From NCBI GenBank assembly GCA_964016885.1, contig OZ024743.1:301630001-301694000 (forward strand): DNA of 64,000 bases. The letters run 5' to 3'. The notes below the pieces were generated by a model. That model was not told the DNA's origin. It did not search any database and saw only the letters and a list, made by a program, of their open reading frames with translations. Shown in pieces: positions 18,679 to 31,710 of this stretch (position 1 is its first letter; each line of letters begins with the position of its first letter). The DNA comes from Eledone cirrhosa. Its lineage: Eukaryota. The position numbers and the translations under genes are program-made.

Positions 18679-21438
18679 ATTATAATGAAATGACAGGAGG
18701 CTGGTGTTGTGTAAATCTTTGAAAGGTTTATTATACTATGATCATTTCAATGACCGGGTTCCGTATGAATCCGGTGATATCATCAGGTATTCGAAATATA
18801 ATACGTGAATGTAATAGATAAAATCCATGGGGCTGAAAATCGAGGACCCATGTACTTTTTACTTCCCTTATTCGGACTTTTACTCGCCTGTACCCTTAGC
18901 ACACGACACTGGAATGTCTCCCACTGGGAACATAAATACTGCAACCTGAACTATATTGTACTTCTCCTATGTCTTGATTTCTCCATCTTACTCCAACACC
19001 ACTCTTGTTGCTTTATTTACATATGTATATTTATATATTTATATATTTATATATTTATACCTTTGCTTTATCAATGTGCTTTTCCACGTATTCCACTTCT
19101 ATGTATCCATGTATTTCTACTCCTCCTATTGGGACTTTTGCTCACTTGTACCCATTAGCACACGACCCTAGAATGTCTCCTCCTGAGAACAAAAATAAAT
19201 ATTACTCGACTATATCCCTTACTCTACATCCCACTAGGATAAATCATAGATCTTCATAATGCAATTAACGTTTCTTCATAAAAGACTCTCTTTAATTAAA
19301 CCCCGCAACCCAAAACCTTAAAAAAGTGTTTTTTAAATGTTTAATTTTCAATTTTCTGTTTGTTCAATTCTCAATCTTGTTGCTCTTTAATTTTATAATG
19401 TTATTCTGAATTCTTTCAACTCCGTCCTATAAATTTAAACAATATTCTAAAGTTACAACTTTTTGTCGGACTGTTGGGTGGGTTTTACTGGCGGCGCGAC
19501 CGGCCCCCTGGCGCATGGGCCTACCTTGAGAGCTTGGAAAAATAAATTTCCCCTTCTTTCGGTAAATGAAACATACTCGGAGTGGTTTAATTCGCCCCGG
19601 GGGCCCGGCGCGCGGCAGGTTTTTTAACCGCCACATAGTACCTTTAAATTACAGATCAAATCAGAACTATTAGATATATCAACCTTAAAATGTTAGACCC
19701 TTTAACTTTAAATTTTCTAATTTCTTTAATATTAAATATTGATTATTAATTTTTAACTTCATCCTATAAGTCTAAACAAAAACGTAACGTTCCAATCTTC
19801 TGCTCACACATTATAACACACTGACCCCCACTATATTTATCTCTGCTAAGATACGAGTCCCTGTGAACATTTTTTCGCGCCACTCCTGGCCTGACTGTAG
19901 TCTGACATTAATATCGACCTTTCTTCCTCTTTCTTTCTATCTTTCTTCTTGTAGCCATCAACCCTGACTTTTCTACTTCTCCCTTTTAATTAACGTTTCT
20001 TCACAAAAGACTCTCTTTAACTAAACCCCGTAACCCAAAACCTTAACAAAATTTTGTTTTTTTTAAATGTTTAATTTTCAATTTTCTATTTGTTCAATTT
20101 TCAATCTTCTTACTCTTTAATTTTATAACGTTATTCTGAATTCTTTCAACTTCATCCTATAAATTTAGACACTATTTTAACGTTCCAACTTTCTGTCGGA
20201 CTGTTGGGTGGGTTGTCCTGGCGGCGCGACCGGACCCCTGGCGCATGGGCCTACCTTGAGAGCTTGGAAAAATAAATTCCCCTTCTTTCGGTAAATGAAA
20301 CTATTCGGAGTGGCCTGATTCGCCCCAGGGGCCCGGAGCGCGGCTGGTTCTTTAACCGCCACATAGTACCTTTAAATTACGGATCTAATCAGAACTGTTA
20401 GATATATCAACCTTAAAATGTTAAACTGTTTGACTTTGGATTTTCTAATTCCTTTGATATTAAATATTGATTATTAATTTTTAACTTCATCCTATAAGTC
20501 TAAACAAAAACGTAACGTTCCAATCTTCTGCTCACACAGTATAACACACTGACCCCCACTATATTTACCTCTGCTAAGATACGTGTCCCTGTGAAAATGT
20601 TCTCGCGCCACTCCTGGCCTGACTGTAGTCTGACATTAATATCGACCTTTCTTCCTCTTTCTTTCTATCTTACTTCTTGTAACCATCAACCCTGACTGTT
20701 CTACTTCTTCCTTTTCTTCCTTCTCTTCTCCCTTCTTTCTGTCTTCCTCACGCAGACTTATCTTCCTTCCCCTTTTTGTTTGACTATATCTGACCGGTAG
20801 TAGTTGTTTAGATACGGGTCCCGTAGAATAAAAACAAATTCTTCGTGACAATCGTCGCCTGACTGTAATACCGACTTTTCCTCCTCTTTATTTCTGTCTT
20901 TCTTCTTATAGCTGACATTAACCCTGGCTTCTCTTCTTCTTCCTTCCCCCTTCTTCTCTCTTCTTCCTTTTTTTCTTTCTTTTGTCTTGTGGCATGAGAT
21001 TAACGTTAACTTATGTCCCCATCCCTTTCTGTTTTCCTTTATCTGACCGGTAGTAGCACACTGTAAGCTTTAGCCACGTCACTCGAGGGCGACCGGCTGA
21101 GATAGAAGGTGCTGGATAGCGGTCGCCCTCGGGCCTCGATTTTCAGCCCCATGGATTTTATCTATTACATTCACGTATTATATTTCGAATACCTTATGAT
21201 ATCACCGTATTCATACGGAACCCGGTCATTGAAATGATCATAGTATAATAACCCTTTCAAGGATTTACACAAATCCAGCCTCCTGTCATTTCATTATAAT
21301 ATTTAACTCCGTAATAGCACCACTAACTACAAAAACAAAGACGGTTGAACTGCTTTACGTTGAGTACTCTCTATATTACATTGCGATTGACCATACGCAA
21401 TAGACCAGCTCTATCCAGTGGTGAACCTCAAACCTGAA

Positions 21439-21442
<4 letters not shown>
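18679..21442 (+). mobile_element. Non-coding element between (TA)n tracts with ~170-bp inverted arms and an internal 725-bp tandem duplication; probably a non-autonomous Penelope-like element
   Basis: 18679-18849 is the reverse complement of 21131-21300. Both arms carry a decayed HHR-like CT(G/T)ATGA...GAACCCGGTC. Duplication 19263-19987 / 19988-20709. Confidence 0.6.
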
Positions 21443-21483
<41 letters not shown>

Positions 21484-21514
21484 ATTATTGGGCAGGGACA
21501 TATAATATTGCCAG

Positions 21515-21547
<33 letters not shown>

Positions 21548-21553
<6 letters not shown>

Positions 21554-22599
21554 TTAGTTAAGCAAAACAAGACCACAAATTTCACCAGGAAGACATTATT
21601 AAAAGATTGTCAACATATTTAGTTTGAGGTAAGGAATGTAGAGAATAATAATAATATTAATAATAATAATGCCCGTTTACAATTGTTTCGCTACTCCGTA
21701 TAATATTTCTGGATCAGATGACTATGCATCATAATTGATCTGGTTCAGTTGAAAATAATTAACATATTTAAAAAAACAGAGTGGCTCATCGGAACTCAAA
21801 GGAATATAAATTAAAATAATGTTACATAATATAATGTTCCATATATTAGTGTTTACTATGGTGCCTTTGTTTCATCAGCTGTCAGCCATAATCAAGGAGT
21901 ACTCATCTGTCGAGGCTGCATTGTGTGAGATCTGCCTATGGGTAACAAGATGGCTGCCAAAGGGCATATTTACCTTACTAATTAGAGGGTGGTTTCAGGG
22001 GAAGTAACTTCTCGAGAGATTAGAGATTGTGTGTATTTTATAGTTATGTGCTAGTATTTAAATTATTTAATTGAGAGACAATGTAGGGGAGGTAACTTTT
22101 AATTATCGAGTTGTTCATAGCAATTTAACTTATTAGCTACAATTAGAGATGGGGCTACATGACTAAGTTGGGTCAACAACTCTATTGGCGAAGGAATTAG
22201 CCCTTCGATGTTGACAGCTAATGGTTACCTCCGTTTTATCGTTAATTGGTAGAGGTCTTGAGAGAGTTATGTAATATGATTCCGTAACACAGAGATCACA
22301 AGATTTCCTTCGTCCATTCGCTAATGTAGCTAATAAGTTAAATTGCTATGAACAACTCGATAAATATAAGTTACTTCCCCTACATTATCTATATTATACG
22401 GAGTAGCGAAACAATTGTAAACGTGCATTATTATTATTAATATTATTATTATTATTATCCTCTACATTCCTTACAACAAACTAAATATGTTGACAATCTT
22501 TTAATAATGTCTTCCTTGTGAAATTTGTGGTCTTGTTTTGCTTAACTAATGAATATTTCCAGCTCTGCGCATCTAACCTCTGCATGAACCCAGCCACCT

Positions 22600-22600
<1 letters not shown>
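21548..22600. mobile_element. Non-coding Penelope-type pLTR element with nested inverted repeats, flanked by (TA)n
   Basis: Outer inverted pair 21548-21706 / 22391-22556; inner pair 22080-22140 / 22325-22386. HHR-like motif in the outer arm. Confidence 0.65.
21672..21797 (-). ncRNA. Type I hammerhead-like motif with CCGAUGA core and ~95-nt stem II region
   Basis: Minus strand reads gtt-CCGATGA-gccactctg...cggagtagc-GAAAC-aatt-GTA-aac. Confidence 0.5.
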
Positions 22601-22669
<69 letters not shown>

Positions 22670-22738
22670 TAAATATATAAATATATATATATATATATAA
22701 ATATATATACATATATAAATATATATATATATATATAA

Positions 22739-22802
<64 letters not shown>

Positions 22803-22927
22803 GTGAGGTTTTTTTTACGAATTGAAAAAAACCGAGGTGTCCTACACGAGTGAAAGTATAAAGAAAAAGAGATGAAAGCAAAAATGCAACTGGAGTCTTA
22901 TTTTTAAATATATATCTTTATTTGGTT

Positions 22928-22966
22928 CCTTTACCGTTTTCGCAGTTCTTCTGCTTTTCAAAATGT
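22928..22966 (-). ncRNA. Decayed hammerhead-like motif in a short TA-flanked unit
   Basis: Minus strand reads ttgaaaa-gcag-aagaa-ctgc-gaaaacg-GTA. Stem II is intact but the core is mutated. Confidence 0.25.
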
Positions 22967-24825
22967 GAGTTTGAGATGGAGGGTCTGTGGTTTTTCTCAT
23001 ATATATATATATATATATATGTTATAAATAACTATTCCTTATGAATACAATTTAAATACATTAGCAACAGAGTGACACTCACCTTTTAAACAACAAATTT
23101 CCCTCCGAGAGAGAAAAAACATCTATTTAGTCAACCAAAGCAAAGAACAATACATGTTGCACACATTTTGCAATGTTTCAGAAGAGAATACAGTAACCAT
23201 TTTTTCGCATCACACAATAATTACAACATCAAATGCAAGTAAATATTAAAAACACAAATACCATTTGTAAAAATATCAAACCCTTATGCAATTGCAATTA
23301 TACAAATAGATGAATTCGGATTAAAAATCATCGGTATTTGCTCTGAGTTGAAATAGCACCGATATCAACAATGCATTTTAACTTTTGTTAATATATCTTT
23401 CTCAACCTGTATATTTTTGAAGGGAGACCATTTTATGAACGACATGTACCTTAATTTGTATTGAAATATATTAGTGTAAAGGCTGCAATCTCACTTTCGG
23501 AATTCATTTAACAGATTATTAAAGATACAACGCCTTAGGACATCTACATAATAGAGATACTGTAGCAATTATGTAGTCAACAGGAATATAATTGTAGTCA
23601 ATAGAAATATATCTTTAAGTAGGTTTAATGAATGAATTTTCAGAAGCCTTCCCTTCCTATGTACATCGTACGTATCTTTAAATACGCCATATTAAACCCA
23701 CACTCGTTAAGAAAACTTATATCTCGTCTATATTTTAAACGAAATATTTCTACTTATATATGTGCATAATCAGTTTTCGACTAATAATCCGATTGATCTG
23801 ATGAGATACGTTGCTAGAGTTAGCTATATACTTGCCGACAGAGATGAATCATTTGAAATATAATACGCGCTGACATAGATTAGACATAATATATATTTAT
23901 CAAACACAGTATCATATTTTGTAGACTCTTAATAATGACTAATGTCATTTGCTGATACATCTAACACACCATAAATTGTATACGCAACGAAGCAATTTAA
24001 GCAGCTTGAATAGGATTTTTTGTTTATTTTAATTAACATTTTCATACTCTGAAACAAATGGAGGACGCCCCGATAAAATGACAGGGACAAAGTAAACTGC
24101 CTTCTAGATCTATCCATAGTTGTCCCTAAACATTGTGTACTATAGCATATTTTGACTATGCATAAAGTTCGTATGTGGGCAATGTGTGAATGTAATGTAG
24201 GTGAGTGTGGGGTGTATAATATTCGTAAGTGTTATAGACGATCCTGTAAATTTGCCACTAACAAATGTCACATACATATGTTAGTGAAAGCCTGGAGTTG
24301 ATATGGACTTCGAAAATAAAAAGTATCGCGATGTCCTGTTTAAAAGTATATTTGAACATTCAGCATATGAATGGACATAGCTCAACGTTCACATCCACGA
24401 TTCTAATGATAACATTATTTTTTTCTTAAACAAACATATACTGATTTACTTGTATTAAGGTTGGCAGTAGAAGATAATACAGAATAAAAAAAGTAATGCG
24501 CGTTTATAGCTCACTGTTTTAAAATAGTGGGTAGACATATCTAAATCAGTGGAGTGCCACAATAATAAAATACGGTTTACTTTTATCTAACGGTTTAACA
24601 TCAAACTATTCCTATGTAAAATATGCTGAAATCGAGACAATGTGTATCAGCTATACAGATCAGTTGCTTTCATCGACTACATATTTATGATATATATAGT
24701 AGCAAGGAAAATATGTCGTACATATGCATTGTTTATCACACATGCACGCACATACACACACACACAGACTCAAGCACAAACGCTCTCACCCCCCCCCCAC
24801 AACATATATATATATATATATATAT

Positions 24826-25435
24826 GGTGGCTGCCCACTCGTTTTCGAGTACGGCCACTAATTTATATCCATGTAGGAGAACCCCTACGATGCGCTGAAC
24901 GAGTGTGACATTTTAGTCCAGCCAGCGACTTGAACACTCTGGTACAAACACTACACCTGTGACAATTATTGACGAATAGTACTGGGCCCGTGGTACCATG
25001 TGACGACAAGGGAAGAGAGATCTCCAGATATAAAGCAATTCCTGAGCCGTGAAGCTTTTATAGTGAGCAAAGGCACTGCACAAAGCCAGCCCCACTCTCT
25101 TAACCAAGATGATATTTACCAAAAATAAGAACAAGTGAACATCATTGGATACCATCAGGGTTGCAGGTGTTATATCAGAATGTTCCTTCTCCTAGAATTC
25201 TGCCTTGACAAAGGCTAAGGGTTCATCTCTCCCGGTGATTTCGGATGGCCATTGACTCTTAAGAGCTCCTTAACCCCTTTGACAGGTTTCATTTTCGTCC
25301 TGCAGGATGTCCAAAGTCACCTTCCTCACCTAGAAACCTTGGTGGGGTTGCCAGTTTAGTCGCCAACGACCCGACCATGAGACAGGTTGTACTGGGATTC
25401 ATGTTACCAAAAGCACCAACTGGTGTCGTTACGCA
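24826..25435 (-). mobile_element. Probable RTE-type LINE 5' UTR fragment or RTE-derived SINE
   Basis: GC-richer island between TA tracts. Minus strand has caaggcagaattctaggagaaggaacattctg, resembling a motif I recall from RTE 5' UTRs. No ORF. Confidence 0.35.
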
Positions 25436-25480
25436 TATATATCTGGTAATGAGGTAACTATATTGTATTGTTCATTATAC

Positions 25481-25536
<56 letters not shown>

Positions 25537-25647
25537 TATATATATATATGTACATATATATAAATATGTACATATATATAAATTTATTAACCAAGGTAAT
25601 TTTGGCCCGTATTGGCCGAGGCCATGTCTATCTTAATGGTGCCACCT

Positions 25648-25683
<36 letters not shown>

Positions 25684-25709
25684 GTATAATAAACAATACA
25701 ATATAATTA

Positions 25710-25776
25710 CCTCATTACCAGAGGTTTCCCGAATAAGACGAATACAAGAGACGTCCTTATTCGTTCGTCAGACAGG
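25710..25776 (-). ncRNA. Type I hammerhead ribozyme in the pLTR
   Basis: cctgt-CTGACGA-a-cgaataag...cttattcg-g-GAAAC-ctctg-GTA-atgagg. Stem II has 8+3 bp; stem III is ACC/GGT. Confidence 0.7.
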
Positions 25777-26281
25777 GCAATTTAAAAACATAGTGAAATA
25801 TTTGATAAATCTCCTCAAGAAAAGCAAAAGTTTAACGGGCAAAAAAATATATAAATAAAAGTAATGCAATATATATATAAGCAAATAAGGAAATGTAGTA
25901 AGGGTATGTGTATAAATGTGTGTATATGCACCAACAAATGTACATATGTCTGTATGTACAAATGCATGTGTATAGAGAAAGAATGTGTGCGTAAGTACAT
26001 AATAGAGGGCAAGCATATCAGCGTATGTGTGACCACAAATACGTATATAATATATGTTGAAAAAAGAAATTGTAAGATAATACATTTATCGTATATACAG
26101 ACACCGGACCGGGACTAAGGATTGAAATATATACACATACAAGTATGAAAGCACGCGTATAAACACAAACACGCGCGCAACCACATGCATGCGTACATAC
26201 ATACCAATGCGCGCATACATACACACGAAGCCCATATATAGACATACATATACATCTAATCACACGCACGCACGCGACCAT

Positions 26282-26312
<31 letters not shown>

Positions 26313-26318
26313 TACACA

Positions 26319-26367
<49 letters not shown>

Positions 26368-26930
26368 TTACACAAACATAACTATATATATGTATGTAAA
26401 ATATATAGATCTAAAAACATATATACACATATATACACATACACGCGCACATACGAATGCATTCATATACATATACAAACACGTATACACACATATGCAC
26501 ACTTACACGCATACATACAATATAAAAACCAGCCGTATGAATAATTGAGTACAAATTATACGCAAGTAAACATACATAAAAGCGGCTGAGGCACAACAGA
26601 ATATATCTGGAGTTGAAAACGCAAGTGACAAAGATACCAGGTAGTGACAGAAAAAGGGGAAGCAAAATATGTAAAATTGTGAAGATATAAAGTAAGTGAA
26701 TAAAAAAGCAGGGGGGGGGGGGTCACTGGCGGATGTTAAGTAAAAAATAAAGTTAAAAATAAAAATAAAAGTAAATCAGAAAGAGAAGTCTGTAAAGTAG
26801 GTAAGTTAAGGAAAGTGAAGAACAAGAGTTTATGGAGGATTAGTATCTTCAAGTGAGTTAAGTTTATATGAGCTGGAAAGCAAGTGTGATTTCATGTGTG
26901 GGCAACTGGTGAACATTTCTGTTTTTTCAT

Positions 26931-27230
26931 TTAGGCAGGTTTTAGTGATTTAAGCTTCAGTAAAATGCAATATTTTTCACTTATGCAGAGTGCGCATCTT
27001 CTTGTTCCTCTTGCATATTCTTTAGATTGGTTCAAAATTGACCAATCTAATTTATATTGGATACCTTGGTCTTTCGAATCCCATATTCTGCTAGCCAGAG
27101 CTGTTGTAAATCGTTTTTCAGGATGTCGGAAAGATGCGGCATGTGAGTAATAACGCGTTTTGAATTTGTATAGTGTCATACCCACATATTGTTCGCTGGT
27201 GGCTGGTAGGTTGTTGCTGGTGGTTGTCAC
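26931..27230 (-). pseudogene. GIY-YIG endonuclease domain of the Penelope-like element
   Basis: YVG, FKTRY, IWDSK and CxLCxxEK motifs. Confidence 0.88.
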
Positions 27231-27829
27231 TTTAGTCGCATATACAATGGCTTTGATGTTGCATTTACCTTGTAATTGGCATTCACTTTTGACTCTACAG
27301 GAGCAATTTGATGTTCTCTAGGTATTATCTTATTGAGGATATAAGATATAATAGGGGGACCGCAGGAGTAGCTAATTTTGACACAGTTTCTATTGAAGAT
27401 CATATAGTATCTATCTGTTCTAGGGAAATGTTTATCTAAAAGCTCTAGGAATTTCTTGCCTACATTAATTTTAACTCCTAATGAGTAGGGTGTGTGAACC
27501 AGATTATTTTTCTTTTCCTATTATTATGTTTCAAGAAGGTAGTATTCTTGGGTATGTACTTAATCGGTTCGCTAAATCCGCTATTTTGAAGGGCTTTATT
27601 ATAGTAAGGGGATGCCTTATTGAAAATATCTTCTGACGAAGAGAGGGTGGAGATCCTACGGCTAATATTAGGGATACAATTTTTAAAAACAATAGGAGGA
27701 TGGCAAGAGCCTTTATTTATATATGTTATGGTACGGTTTATAAAAAGCAGTAGGCAGATCTAGGTTTATATCTAGAAAATTAACATTAGAAATGTTAGTG
27801 TATATATATAAATACATATAATTCCACCA

Positions 27830-30800
27830 ACCACATGAAAAAAGTATTCAAATGAAGGAAAAACACACCGCACAACACATTCCTAGAGGAGTTTGAGGAC
27901 AGGATTATTACCATGGTCCGGACTATTAAATTCAGAAAACCACCGCGTAACCCTAACAGACGTTCATTCCTGTCTGGGCTCGCATCTACTGTAAAAAAAG
28001 GTCAGGAATAGCCCTGGCATCATCGTACCGGCCGTTAAAACAGGAAACATCTACAATTTGGAGTACAAAACCTACAATAAATGCATCACAAACGAAATAG
28101 CTAAAATATACAAAACATCAACACGTGAAAACCTAGCACACATAAACAAACAGGTGAAAACAATAATGACGGAACTGAGCATAGATGACATGACTCAACC
28201 CTACAACCCTAGGACACAGAGGATATCTATTAAAGCCCACAAACCGGACTTTCAGTCCAAACTACCGGTCAGACTCACAGCTCCCTCTAAATCAAACCTA
28301 GGTAGACTAAGCAAATCTATCATTGACCGGGTTATACCAGAACTTAGAAATAGAACTAAACTCAGCCTCTTGTCATGTACAAAGGAGATCATCGACTGGT
28401 TCTGCGGCATTGAAACCAAGTCGGAAGTTCGATTAGTCCAAATGGACATTGCGATCTACTACGCCACTATATCTCCAGTCATCCTTAACAAGGCACTGAT
28501 CTCAGCCATGAACATATAAAGTCTCACTAGAAAGGAGGTGGACATCATACTAGTAGCTAGTAAAATTGACTAGAATTTGACGGTAAATTTAGGGGAATGG
28601 CAGAATAGACAAGATAACTTCGACATTACAATCTGATCGACTGACCCCGCGCAGGTTTCCGATATAGTAGGCCTATACCTCCTAAATATATTAACATACG
28701 AGATCCCTACTCATGATCCGTGGACTCAATAATAGCCAATTAGATAGACTACACAGACGACTTAGATATATATTTAAGACCCAAATATTAGCGGTAGAAA
28801 TAGAACATAACAGTATGACAGTAAACTTTGTAGATGTCCCCTTGGAATTCGACACAGCTCTCTGCCGCCCTTACCATAAACCTAATGAAAACATTAAATA
28901 CGTCAACAGACACTCTAACCACCCTTGGAGCATAATTAAATCAATAGTTAATAGCGTTTCCCATAGAATGTCCACCCTGTCGGCAAATAGAACTGTATTC
29001 AACCAGCACGCGGAATACTATAACTCCGCACTTGAAAAGGCTGGTTACATTGAGAAGATATCTTACAATGAGCCAACTATAACCTCAACGGCGCTAAACC
29101 TAATCAGACCCTTAGACACGAACATAGATAGACGAGGACACCACCCCTAGAACAAACAATAACCTAATACCCTATTTAGCCGGCAGGGCAGGCAGCGTTT
29201 CAAACAACCGCCAAGGAGATAAAGCTATACTCTCCAACACCAATAAGGACTCAGATTATAGCACGCGTTTACGTAGTAATATAGACCCGAGATATAACGC
29301 CAATAGAATACTAGGAAACCCTCTGACAAATACGCCTGACCAAAACGCACCCACGCAACCAGCTAACCACAAAAAACACACTAAACACCGTAAAGCCCGA
29401 AGTAGACCTCTCACATGGTACAACTATACAGGTATTCTATACAGGTTGCCACCAATATACTGGGAATCTTCTGCAGGGATCTGGAACAATCCTTCCCACA
29501 TGTGACACGAAACCGGTAACCCCCAACTGCAACTGCAAAAAACGGGTAGAATGCCCACTAAAAGGGGAGTGCCTCGTTAAAAAAATGATTTACCGGTGCG
29601 ATGTCACAGCTGGCAATAAATAATATTCCTATATAGGTACGACATCCACTATGTTTAAGGAGCGCTGGTATAACCACAGAAGCTCTTTAAACATAGACTC
29701 AAATATCCCAAACTAGACTGGCCGATTTGATCTGTGACCTCAAAGACAGGAACATCGAATTCCAGGTCATATGATCAGTCAAAAGACGCGTGGCACAACT
29801 CCCTAGTGACAGAAACCACTGCAGGTTATGCCTGGCCGAGGCGTCTGAGAAAATTAAATTAAAATCTGCCATAAACTCTAGGTCAGACATAATTATAAAT
29901 TGTAGACACACCAGGTTGAACACCTTCTCTGCACAAACATTCGGCCGACGGCCCCAAACTAACCATGACTTTACATAGTGATAACCACCTTTGCATTGCC
30001 ACACTGTCCCTCATCTCAGAGCATTTGATTTATAACATGTAACCCTTTGTAAGCTCAGATTTTGTAAATATCATGTCGCACCCATCACCACCACCAAAAG
30101 ACACATCGCCATACACGCCTCATATTAGTACCATTGTGTTCTTATCTGTCCTCTCTGTCAGGTTGTACCTTGTAAACCATAGTAGCATCCGATCCTGTAA
30201 ATATATTGTCGAACATATCACCCCATCGCCACCACTACCATCATACACATGGCTCTATGTGTAACATCCCACATCTACAGCCTTGTTTCCCCGTTTCCAT
30301 CTGTCATGTTTTAATCGTAAAATTCGATCCTGTAAATATTCTGTCGCACACACCACCATCGCCACCTTCAGATACAACTCAATACTTCAACATCATTAAC
30401 ATCACCAACATCATTAACATCATTAACATCACCAACATATATCATCCCTCCCTCTCAGAACCATTGTGTTATATATGTCCTCTCTGTATGGTTTTACCTT
30501 GTCAACCACACTAACATCAGATATTGTAAATATATTGTTGAACATATCACCCCATCGACACCACCACAACCACTACCACACACATCACTATACGTTCACA
30601 GCGTTGTTTTCCCTGTGTTCCCTATGTCACTTTTTAACCTGTAACACATCGTAAAATTCCCCACCACAAGGCACATCTCCATACTTCAACAATCATTAAC
30701 ATCATTAACATCACCAACACACATCACCCCCCCCCCCTAAATAAAGGAAGTGTGTGTGTCTGTCTGTAAGTATATATATTTATAAGTACAACGCCATCTC

Positions 30801-31482
30801 CACTGGCTCTCCCCCCTCTCTCTGTACAACGCCATCTCCACTGGCTCTTCCCTCTCCCTTTACACACATATATATATATATACACATGTGTATGTATACA
30901 ACGTTTTGTGAGACTAAGTGTGTATATGTATGTATCTCCTTATGGAATTTGACACCACCAACACATCCATCACACCACCATAGACACCACACCCTCATCA
31001 CACACAACAATCAGCCACAAATATAAGCCAATCTGTCTACCGACAATCCGCCACCCACACACCACCGCCCACCTCAGCCTGCGACCATCACCACCACCTT
31101 ATCATCACATACACGCTCACATGCACTAGAGGCAAAAACAACCCTATGACTATTCCACCAATCAAAACAAGCCTTATTGACCAACATATGAACTTCTGAC
31201 TTTATCATATAGCATGTGTTCATTTTCTACTAGCATTTCAAGGGGTCCGTCGAGCCACATATTACAAAGTCGGGTAAGATCGATACATATCGAACCTTAA
31301 GCTGCTCACTGGCTAAACGCGCGTCACCGACCAATAAATGTAATGAAGGAGTAACCAATCGTCCTTGTTATATTTTCACTATAATAAACTCCGTATACCT
31401 CTACACCTTGACACTGAAGAGAACCTAAACATCGAGTGCTCACCCACGTTAAGCTGCAGTAACTCCAAGTTATATTCCCTGG
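27830..31482 (+). mobile_element. Penelope-like element (Naiad type), degenerate RT + GIY-YIG + long 3' pLTR
   Basis: PVKTGNIY, HKPDF...VRL..PSKSNLG, VQMDI..YY, PYHKPNE..YVNRHSNHP, CNCKKRVECPLKGEC (29528-29572), YIGTT..FKERWYNH and CRLCLAE motifs, with many stops and frameshifts. Confidence 0.88.
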
Positions 31483-31517
<35 letters not shown>

Positions 31518-31589
31518 TCAACAATCGATCGACTAACGTCTAATCGGACTGAGGAAACGAAGTTTCTGTTGGTCTTTCTAATTGCTAAT

Positions 31590-31710
31590 ACGCTTTATCG
31601 GTCGCAAATCCAGGTAGAAGGAACAACGTGAATTAAAGTGTCTTGCCCAAGGAAACAACGTATCACTTGGCCGGGGTATCGACCTCAAACCTCACGATTG
31701 CGACTTTAAT
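31590..31710 (-). mobile_element. tRNA-derived SINE fragment with CORE-like central domain
   Basis: Minus strand has a box-B-like ggtcgatacccc followed by gttgtttccttgggcaagacact. Related to 40400-40545. Confidence 0.55.

Larger units (their letters stand above)
25681..27790 (-). mobile_element. Penelope-like element (Naiad type), 5'-truncated: RT thumb, Cys linker, GIY-YIG and 3' pLTR
   Basis: Minus strand gives HPP...ISRRISTLSS, IIWF, CSCRVKSECQLQGKC, YVGMT..FKTRYYSH, CALCISEK and TEMFTSCPH. pLTR has mixed CA/TA repeats and an HHR. Confidence 0.85.

Noticed and set aside
19530-19580. U5 snRNA or Sm-site resemblance on the minus strand
   Set aside because: No GCCUUUUAC loop and no proper Sm site.
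29520-29940. Selenocysteine recoding, reported for some Naiad elements
   Set aside because: The conserved Cys positions I could read use TGC/TGT. The in-frame TGA near 29771 falls at a Trp position in a copy full of other lesions.
31265-31445. Hammerheads at the end of the 27.8-31.5 kb Penelope pLTR
   Set aside because: Only fragments (taaacgcgcgtc; ctgaaga...taaac) without a complete core or stems.
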